Positions 54,421 to 64,000 of a stretch of DNA of 64,000 bases are shown piece by piece (position 1 is the first letter of the stretch; each line of letters begins with the position of its first letter). Both the position numbers and the translations under genes were made by a program. The notes under the pieces are model-generated. The model was not told the DNA's origin. It did not search any database and saw only the letters and a list, made by a program, of their open reading frames with translations. This DNA is from Stegostoma tigrinum. Taxonomy: Eukaryota. The DNA lies in the NCBI RefSeq assembly GCF_030684315.1, contig NC_081360.1, positions 31,727,818-31,791,817 on the forward strand. Direction: 5' to 3'.

Positions 54421-54841
54421 TCCATGAAATCCTCTATTTCTCCTAACCGCAATGTTTACTGTCTATTTAACCAAAGAGTGCATTCTATTCCACTTTGACT
54501 ACGTTCAACTTCATTTGGTTGTTAAATAACTCTCTGAACAATTAATTTGCTTTGTGGATGATCAGAGTCATAACACATAGAAAGAAAAGTTGTCTGACCA
54601 AATGTTAATTACTTAATTACTAGTCAAGATGAATTAATACGCGATACGACATTATTGGTCCATCATGTTTTGCAAATGATAGCCTGTACACTCTACACAG
54701 TATCGTAAAGCAAAACAAAATGTATAAAGTGCAGAACTAAGTAAAATGCTTAGGAATGAATTGTACAAATGAAAAGGAAAAGACATGCATTGTTAAAACA
54801 CATTTCATGATCACTTTGTATCCAAAAGTACTTTAGAACCA

Positions 54842-55172
54842 ATAGAACATAGAACTGTACAGCACAGTACAGGCCCTTCAGCCTAGGATGTTGTGCTGAA
54901 CTTTTACCCGAAACCTAAGGTCTATCTAACCTCCACCCCTACCTTATACTATCATCCATATGCCTATCTAATAGCCGCTTAAATGCCCCTAATGAGGCCA
55001 ACTCCACTACCTTCTCCAGCAATGCTTTCCACGCCCCTACCTTCTCTGAGTAAGGGATCTACCTCTGACATCTCCCCTATATCTACCCCCACTCACTTTA
55101 AAACTATGTGCCCTCGTAATAGCTACATCCATCCTCAGAAAAAGTCTCTGGCTGTCCACTCTATCTATACCT
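54842..55172 (-). mobile_element. CR1 3' end
   Basis: ATAGAAC tandem tail. Antisense reads GIDRVDSQRLF...HSFKVSGGRYRGDVRG. Confidence 0.85.
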
Positions 55173-55454
55173 TGGAGGAGTGTCATAACCTGGCTGAACA
55201 GGTAGTTAAAAAATAACCATAAACTTAATTGATGGGCTATGTGGTGCATTAGTACTGTCCATACCTCTGGGCCTAGAAGCCTGGGTTCAAGTCCCAACTA
55301 CAGCAGAGGTGTATTATAACATGTCTGGATAGGTTGATTTTTTTAAAATAATGGGCAGGACACATTGAAATAAATAGGAAAATTGCTTAAAATTGAGCAT
55401 ATGATCCATCATGCATATGATGGCTCTTTAAGAGATCTCATACATACAAACAGA

Positions 55455-55940
55455 TGATACAGCACAGAAACAGACCCTTCAATCCAACTTGTCCATGCCA
55501 ACTAGATATCCTAAATTAATCTACTCCCATTTGCCAGTATTTGGCCCAAATCCATCTAGTATTGTGTAATGAGGCAGAGTTAATTATTAATATCATAGAA
55601 AGGTGTCCACTAGGAAGTAGTGGTCATAATACAATTGCCCCTTGTAATTGTCCCTTAAATCCTTTTAATCTTTCCCCTGTCACCTTAACACTATGACCTT
55701 TAGTTTTGAACACCCCCCACCCACCATAGGGAAAAGACCTTGGCTATTCACCCTATCCATGCACCACATAATTTTATAAACTTTTATAAGGTCACCCCTC
55801 AGCTTTGGCTCCAGAGAAAATAGCTCCAGCCTATTCAGCCTCTCCTATAGCATAGATGCTCCAACCCTGACAACACCCTTGTAAATCTTTTTTGAACACT
55901 TTGAAGTTTTACAAATTCTTTCCTATGGCAAGGAGGCCTT
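55455..55940 (-). mobile_element. CR1 3' fragment
   Basis: Antisense remnants RLNRLELFSL and RGDLIKVYKIM. Confidence 0.7.
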
Positions 55941-56618
55941 TTTAAATTTCTAAAATAGCCCCGAGTCTCACAAATTTACTATTATACTTTGCAATACTAT
56001 ACACCTCTTGATTTAATTTATTACCATCTTTAAATTCCTTCGTGAAGCATTCATGGATCTTTCCCACAAATTTTTGGTTGAGTATTTTGAATTGTTTCTT
56101 TTATGGATTCCCACTGATTTTTTGTAACCATACCTTTTAGTCTATTTACCTAACCAACTAGAGCCAGTTTTCTCTCCACATGTTCATGATTGATTTTGTC
56201 TAAATTTAAGATTATTACAGTGATTAGTGTACGCCATTTCAAACTTTGGAACTCAGTTGTATTATGACCACTACTTACCAGTCGACCTCTTACTATGACA
56301 TTAATAATTAACTCTGCCTCATTGTACAATACTAGATCTAAAATAACTTTACCCTTAATTGATTCCATAATACATTGGTCTGGGGAACTGTCACAAAAAT
56401 ATTCTAAAACCTCATCTCCCAAACCTTCTTTGAAATTTGATTTGTCTAGACTATCTGTTTAAAGTTCCCCATAACTATTATATTTGCTATGTTACAAGCT
56501 ACAATAATTTATTGTTTAATGTTCTGTTAAATGATAAATAGTGTTAGGGAGCCTATTAACTACTCCCATGAATGTTTTCTGGCTCTTGATATTCCCAGAC
56601 TCTACCCACAGAGGAAGT

Positions 56619-56880
56619 GAATCATAGAATCCGTACAGTGTGGAAACAGGCCATTCAACCCAACAAGTCCACAGTAGTTTTCTGAGCAGCATACCATCCA
56701 GACTTGCCATTCCCACCTTTTCCCTGCAATCCCCAGGCTAATCCACCTAACCTACACATCCCTGGACACTATGGGTAGTTTAGCATGGCCAATGTATCTA
56801 ATCTGCACATCTTTGTATTGTGGAAGGAAACCAGAACACCTGGAAGAGACCCAAACAGACACAGGAAGAATGTACAAATT
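56619..56880 (-). mobile_element. HE1/V-SINE 3' part
   Basis: Reverse complement of the HE1-type tail and V-domain. Confidence 0.8.
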
Positions 56881-57051
56881 TTATTTCCTGATTTTTGGAG
56901 CAAAGGTCCTTCTATGCAATTAGTTCTATTTCCTTGTTCTTTCCCCATTGTCGTGCCAATTTTTATCCTTCAAATATTTATATTTCTCTTGAAAGCTCTT
57001 ATTGAATTAGCTCCCAACATCCTTTCAAGAAAAGCATTCCAGTTCTGCAAT

Positions 57052-60000
57052 GAATCAGAGAGCTATATAGCACTGAAGCAGACCCTTTAGCCCCATGCCA
57101 ACCCCATATCCTGACTAAATCTAGTTCCATCTGCCAGCATTTTGCCCATGTCCCTCTAAAGCTTTCTTATTCATTTACATATCCTGATGCTATTTAAATG
57201 TTGTAAATGTACCAGCCTCCACCATGGGGGTGGCACAACATTAGCACTGCTGCTTCACAGTGCCAGGGACCCAGATTCAATCCCAGACTTGGATGACTGT
57301 TTCCTTCCGCAGTCTAAAGACATGCAAGTTAGGTAGATTGGCCTTGCTAAATTGCCCATAGTATCTGGGGATGTGTAGATTAGGTGGATTAGCCATGGGA
57401 ACTACAGTGATAGGGAGTGGGGTGAGTCTGGATGGGATGCTTCTCTGTAAATTGGATGTGGACTTGTTGGTCTTAATGGCCTGTTTCCGCACTGTTGCAA
57501 TTCTGTGATTCACTTCTTCTGGCAGCTCTTTCCATCACCCTCTGCATGAAAAAGTTGCCCCATAGGTCCCTTTTAAATCTTGCCCCTGTCACCTTAAACC
57601 TATGATCTCTAGCTTTGGATTCCCCCAGCCTGGGGAAAAGACCTTGGCTATTCATTCTATCCATGCCCCTCATGATTTTATAAACCTCGATAAGGACACC
57701 CCTCAGCATCCAATATTCCAGGGAAAATAGCCCCAGCCTGTTCAGACTGTCCTGAAAGCTCAGACCCTCCAACCCTGGCAACATCCTTGTAAAAACCAAA
57801 AGAACTGAAGTTGCTGTAAATCGGGAAAAAAAAACAGAAGTAACTGGACCGGAAACATCAACTCTTATTTTCCTTTATGGATGCTGCCAGGCCTGCTGAG
57901 CTTTTCCAGCTACTTCTTTACTGAACTATTTCAATTTTCACGACATCCTTCCTAGAGCAGGGAGATAAGAATTGCACACAGTATTCCAAAAGTATCTGAA
58001 CCAATGTCCAATACAGCTGCAGCATGACCTCCCAACTCCTGTACACAATGCACTCACCAATAAAGGCAAACGTACCAAATGCCTTCTTCACTATCCTGCC
58101 TATCTGTGACTGCACTTTCGAGAAACTATGAACCTGCACTCCAAGGCCTCTTGGTTCAGCAACACTCCACAGGCTCTACCATAAAATGTATAAATTGCAT
58201 CCTGATTTGCTTTTCCAAAATGCAACACCTCATAATGATCTAAATTAAGTCCATCTGCCACTCTTCAGCCCATTGGCCAATCTGATTAAGATCTTCTTGT
58301 GCTCTGAGGTAACCTTCTTTGCTGTCCACTATGCCTCCAATTTTGGTGTCACCTGTAAACTTCCTACCTCTTATATTCACATCCAAATCATTTATATAAA
58401 TGTTGAAAAGCAGTGAACCCAGCACTGATCTTTGTGGCACACTGCTGGTCACACGTCTCCAGTCTGAAAAGCAACTCTCCACCACCACCCTCTGTCTTCT
58501 AACTTTGAACCAGTTCTGTGGCCAAATGTCTAGTTCTCCCTGTGTTCCATGCGATCTAAGCAGTCTACCATAAGGAACTGTGTTGAATGCCTTACTCAAA
58601 TCCATACAAATCACATCCACTGCTCTGCCCTCATCAATCCTCTTTGTTACTTCTTCAAAAAAACTCAGTTAAGCTAGTGAGACACGATTTCCTGCCACAA
58701 AGCCATGTTGACTATCCCTAATCAGTCCTTGCCATTCCACCTACATGTGAACCCTGTCCCTCAGGATTCCCTTCAACAACTTGCCCACCACCAATATTAG
58801 GTTTACTGGCCTATAGTTCCCTTGCTTTTCCTTACTGCCTTTCCTAGACTGTGGCATCATATTAGCCAACCTCCAGTCTTCTGCCACCTTGCCTGTGGCT
58901 ATCAACGATACAAATATCTTAGCAAAGGGCCAGCAATCACAGCACAATTTCATTACCTGCACCAGCTGAGGTCACTGTGAAAATGCCTCATCTCAAACTC
59001 TCCCCTCTCCTTAGGTAATGACAGATTAAACCCCACCAGAGTTCTAGGGTACACCTGATCAGGTGGCAGAGATTAATTCACCATTTTGTGTTTTCAGACA
59101 TCCAGCACCTCCTCTGCTGTAATATGGACAATTTTCGAGATATCGCTATGGGGATGGGGATGGGGATGTTCTCTATCTTTCATATCCTGCTCCACAGTAA
59201 ATGCTACGCAAAATACTTGTTTAGTATCTCCCCCATCTCTTACAGTTCCACATGTAGGCAACCTGCTAATCCTTAAGGGGCCCTATTTTCTCCCTAGTTT
59301 ACTTTTTTGGCCTTTATGTGTCTGTGGAATCCCTTTGGATTCTCCTTAGCCCTATTTGCCAAAGCTATCTCATGGCCTCTTTTTGCCTTCCCGATTTCCC
59401 ACTTAAGTATACTTCTACTGTCTTTCCACTCTTCCAGGCGTTCACTCAATCTCTGCTCTCTATACCTAACATATGCTTCCTTCTTATTCTTGACCAAAAC
59501 ATCCACTTCTCTAGTCATTCAGCATTACCCACACCTACCAGCCTTGGCATTCGCCCTAAAAGGAAAATACTGTCTCTGGACTCACGTCATCTCATTTTTG
59601 AAGGTTTCCCATTTTCCAGCCATTTCTTTACCTTCGAAAATCTGCCCTCCAATCAACTTTTGAAAGTTCTTGCCTAATACTGTCAAAATTGGCCTCCTCC
59701 AATTTAGAACTTTAACTTTTAGATCTGGTCTGTCCTTTTCCACCATTGTTTTAAAACGAATAGAATTATGATCACTGGCCTCAAAGTGCTCCCCCACTGA
59801 CACCTCAGTCATCTGCCCTGCCTTATTTCCCAAGAGAAGTCAAGTTTTGCTCCTTTAGTAGTAAGTACATTCACATACTGATTCAGAAAATTTTCTTGTA
59901 CACATTTAACAAAGTCCTCTCCATCCAAGCCCTTAACACTATGGCAGTCTCAGTCTGTCTTTGGAAATTTGAAATGCCCTACCATAACCATCCTATTATT

Positions 60001-60330
60001 CTTATAGGTAACTGGGATCACGTTACAAATTTGTTTCTCAATTTCCCGCTGACTGTTAGGAGAGTCTATAGTACAATACCAGGAAGGTGATCATCCCTTT
60101 CTTATTTCTCAGTTCCACCAAATAACTTCCCTGGACGCCTAAGTACAGCTGCAGTGCTTTCCTTAATAAAAAAAGTCACTCACCCTCCTCTCTTGCTCCC
60201 CTTTCTATAGCTTCTCTCCCTTGGAACAATAGGCCACTAGTCCTGTCCATCCCTGAGCCACATCTCTGGAATAGCTATTCCATCCCAGTCCTATATTCCC
60301 AACCATGCCCTAAGTTCATCTGCCTTACCT
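57052..60330 (-). mobile_element. Long degenerate CR1 LINE ORF2 (endonuclease to 3'UTR) with nested insertions
   Basis: Successive minus ORFs: EHFEASDHNSI, KENPKGF, EDWRLAN..GNYRPV, DLSKAF, YINDLD, KFTGDTKIGG, EVYKIMRGMDR. Nested SINE at 57226-57510 and pLTR element at 57793-57918. Confidence 0.92.
57226..57510 (+). mobile_element. HE1/V-SINE nested in CR1
   Basis: Head TTAGCACTGCTGCTTCACAGTGCCAGGGACCCAGATTCAATCC and an HE1-type tail. Confidence 0.8.
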
Positions 60331-60912
60331 GTAAAGTAAATTATTCGAATCTTGCCTCCTGTTCTTTTATAAGTTACCTTAATTGTATATCCTGCGATTA
60401 CCAACTCTCTGCCACTAGAAACTATTCCTTATAATTAATTTGAACAAAATGCTTCATAATTTTGAATAAGCCTATCTAACCTCCTCTTAATTTTCTGAGT
60501 TTTAAAGGAAACAACCCAGGTTCACATGTAACTGAAGTCTCACATTTCCAGTACTATTCTCCCAAATGTCCTCCAACCCTCCCTGAGATAGACATTGTTA
60601 AAGTATGGTGCCCACAGTTGGACATAATACTCCAGCTGATGCCTATCCAATGTTTTATGTATGTTTAGCACAACTTCCTTGTTTTTGCTCATTAAGTCCC
60701 AGCTTTTTTAAAGAGAAGGATCATATGTGTTTTTTGAACCTATCTTGCCAAACTCAAATATTGATTCAAAGATAGTAGAAACTGCAGATGCTGGAGAATC
60801 TGAAATAACAAGGTGTAGAGCTAGATGAACGCAGCAGGCCAAACAGCATCAGTGGAGCAGGAAAGCTGACGTTTTGGGTCTGGATTTCTGAAGAAGGATC
60901 CAGACAGGAAAT

Positions 60913-61144
60913 AGTATCAGAGATAATGGGAACTGCAGATGCTGGAGATTCCAAGATAATAAAATGTGAGGCTGGATGAACACAGCAGGCCAAGCAGCAT
61001 CTCAGGAGCACAAAAGCTGACGTTTCGGGCCTAGACCCTTCATCAGAGAGCTCTGATGAAGGGTCTAGGCCCGAAACGTCAGCTTTTGTGCTCCTGAGAT
61101 GCTGCTTGGCCTGCTGTGTTCATCCAGCCTCACATTTTATTATC
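60913..61144. mobile_element. Young miniature fold-back Penelope element: perfect 94-bp palindrome plus one-sided tail
   Basis: Arms 60955-61048 and 61051-61144 are exact reverse complements. TSD CAGACAGGAAAT at 60901 and 61145. Confidence 0.93.
61019..61080. ncRNA. Two back-to-back minimal hammerhead ribozyme motifs (one per strand)
   Basis: Plus strand 61053-61080 and minus strand 61019-61046 both read CTGATGA-AGGGTCTAGGCCC-GAAA-CGTC. Confidence 0.7.
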
Positions 61145-61674
61145 CAGACAGGAAATGTCAGTTTTCCTGTTCCTCTGTTGCTGCTTGGCCTGCTCTGTTC
61201 ATCCAGCTCTAAACCTTGTTATCTCAAACTCAAAGATTGTATGTCTACCCACAGGTTTCTCTGTTCCTGTATTCTTATCTCCCAACAGTCTTTAAGAGAA
61301 GTAAATTTAAATGGTAGAGACCAGTTGCACAAATGTAATACAAAGTATAACTTTAAAATAGCATTGCATCATAATTTTAAATAATACTTTGACTTGATAC
61401 ATATAGTTTAGCAAAACATGACAACTTAACAGATGAATAGATTTTTTTAACTCATAAGATGGCTAAACAATCGAAGGTGCTAGGAAATACAAGATTAAAT
61501 TGCTCAGAGATAGTAAGAACTGTCGACTAAATTGCTACTGTGTCAGAAATTTTATATTCTGTCAAGTTTAAATGGGAAGTTTAATCATTTGAGTTTAAGA
61601 TGCTCAAGATTTTGGTTATCTGTCATATGATCTTTTTATATGGTTACGTCAAATTTTGTTTGTTTCTTTAATTC

Positions 61675-62000
61675 CTTTGGGGGGCTAGGCCAGAATTTAT
61701 TGCTCATCTGTAATTACCCAGAGGACAGTTATGAGAGAAGCACGTTGTTGTGGTCTGGAATCATATATGTAAGCCAGACCAGATAAAGATGGCAGATTTC
61801 TTCCCCTACAGGGCATGAGTAAACCAGAAGGGTCTTCAACGACAGTCAAGAAACAAAGATTTCAATTGAGCTAGTTTGTTCATTGAATTCAAATTTCCCC
61901 ATCTGCGATGGTGAAATTGTGAACTCACATCCCCAGAACATTAATCTGGGGTTCTGTATTACTAGTCCAGTAACATTAACACTACACCACAGTGTCCCCC
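61675..62000 (-). mobile_element. SacSINE-like SINE
   Basis: Reverse complement has a GGACTAGTAATACAGAA...GTGAGTTCAC head and a LINE-derived tail shared with the 28420 family. Confidence 0.65.
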
Positions 62001-62398
62001 TTGTAAGCATCTTAGAGTCATAAAATGCTTGCAGTGCAGAAAGAAGTCATTAGGATATTTTACTATGCGAAAGGTTCTCTTGAAAATTTAATAGAAAAAT
62101 AAATTCTGCACAACAAGAATTATTATCTTCTGCAATGAACAAAACAAAGATTCATAACAGTTCCTAACTGTATCTTCAAGGTAATGTAATCACAAGATAA
62201 TAATGGTTTAGGCAGACCCTTTGATCAATTTTAATTGATCCATTCAGAAACAACCTACAGTCACTCCATTGTAGTATCCAATTTGTTTCTGAAATACATC
62301 CACCTCCAGCATTGTACCGAGGAGTCCATTCCAGACATAGCTGATGAAAGAGTCTTGAAACAATAGGCACAAAGAATATTCCAGGCCTTACCAAACTT

Positions 62399-64000
62399 AA
62401 GACCATAAGACATAGGAGTGGAAGTGAGGCCATTCGTCCCATCAAGTCCACTCCGCCATTTAAATCATGGCTGATGGGCGTTTCAACTCCACTTCCCTGC
62501 ACTCTCCCCGTAGCCCTTGATTCCTCCTGAGATCAAGAATTTGTCGATCTCTGCCTTGAAGGCATCCAACGTCCTGGCCTCTGCTGCACTCCGTGGCAAT
62601 GAATTCCACAAGCTCACCACTCTCTGGCTGAAGAAATATTGTCTCATTTCAGCTTTAAAATTACCCCCTCTAATTTTAAGGCTGTGCCCATGGGTCCTAG
62701 TCTCCCCGCCTAATGGAAACAACTTCCGAGCGTCCACCCCTTCTAAACCATACATTATCTTATAAGTTTCTATTAATCGCCCCTCAACCTTCTAAACTTT
62801 AATGAGTACAATCCCAGGACCCTTAGCCGTTCATCATATGTTAAACCTACCATTCCAGGGATCATCCGTGTGAATCTCCGCTGGACATGGTCCAGGGCTA
62901 GTATGTCCTTCCTGAGGTGTGGGGCCCAAAATTGGACACAGTATTCTAAATGGGGCCTAACTAGAGCTTTATAAAGCCTCAGAAGCACATCGCTGCTTTT
63001 ATATTCCAACCCTGTTGAGATAAACGACAACATTACATTTGCTTTCTCAATTATTGACTCTACCTGCCAGTTAACCTTTAGTGACTCCTGGACCAACACT
63101 CCCAGATCCCTTTGTACTTCTGCTTTACGAATTTTCTCACCATTTAGAAAATAGTACATGCCTGTATTCTTTTTGCCAAAGTGCAAAACCTCATATTTAC
63201 TCACATTGAATTTCATCAGCCATTTCTTGGACCACTCTCCTAAACTGTCTAAATCTTTCTGCAGCTTCCCCACCTCCTCAGTACTACCTGCCTGTCCACC
63301 TATCTTTGTATCATCGGCAAACTTTGCCAGAATGCCCCCAGTCCCTTCATGCAGATCATTAACATATAAGGTAGCAGCTGCGGCCCCAACACTGAACCTT
63401 GCGGGACACCACTTGTCACCGGTTGTCATTCCGAAAAACAGCCTTTTATCCCAACTCTCTGCCTTCTGTCAGACAGCCAGTCCTCAATTCAAGCCAGTAG
63501 CTCACCTCGAACACCATGGGCCCTCACCTTGTTCAGCAGCCTCCCATGAGGCACCTTATCAAAGGCCTTTTGGAAGTCGAGATGGATAACATCTACTGGG
63601 TTTCCCTGGTCTAACATACTTGTTACCTCTTCAAAGAATTCTAACAGGTTTGTCAGGCACGACATCCCCTTACTAAATCCATGCTGACTTGTTCTGATCT
63701 GACCGTGCACTTCCACGAATTTAGAAATCTCATCCTTGGCAATGGATTCCAGAATTTTACCAATTACCAAGTTTAGGCTAATTGGCCTATAACTTTCCAT
63801 CTTTTGCCTTGATCCTTTCTTAAACAAGGGAATTACAACAGCAATTTTCCAATCATCTGGGACTTTCCCTGACTCCAGTGACTTTTGAAAGATCACGACC
63901 AAAGCCTCCGCTATTTCCTCAGCCACTTCCCTCAGAACTCTAGGATGTAGCCCATCGGGGCCAGGAGATTTATCAATTTTTAGACCTTTTAGCTTTTCTA
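62399..64000 (-). mobile_element. Young CR1 LINE ORF2 (RT to 3' end), runs off the window
   Basis: ORFs 63489-63926 (YRPISL, QHGF, LDFQKAFDKVPH), 62773-63429 (YVNDL, KFADDTK, LVRPHLEYCVQFW) and 62483-62755, with few frameshifts. Confidence 0.95.

Larger units (their letters stand above)
60764..61225. mobile_element. Older fold-back pLTR element (outer), interrupted by a younger one
   Basis: Arms at 60764-60912 and 61145-61225. TSD CAAACTCAAA(T/G)ATTG at 60749 and 61225. Confidence 0.82.

Overview
Vertebrate nuclear DNA, most likely a cartilaginous fish (shark-type HE1/V-SINEs, Deu-type SINEs, CR1 LINEs and Penelope-like elements; the taxon is inferred). It contains three complete spliced genes. 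hspe1 (Hsp10, minus strand, 102 aa) sits head-to-head with hspd1 (Hsp60, plus strand, 574 aa) on a shared HSE-containing promoter. coq10b (minus strand, 235 aa) is tail-to-tail with hspd1. The window probably opens in the 3' end of an unidentified plus-strand gene. Introns and intergenic DNA are dense with retroelements. The most striking accessory feature is a set of Neptune-type Penelope-like elements and miniature fold-back derivatives, all carrying a minimal hammerhead-ribozyme motif (CUGAUGA-stem II-GAAACGUC). They include a perfect 94-bp palindrome of two back-to-back hammerheads and two insertions landing inside hammerhead motifs. Also notable are a perfect 33-bp hairpin in an hspe1 intron and a structured snoRNA-like segment in hspd1 intron 2. 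All coordinates were counted by hand and no searches or folding programs were run.
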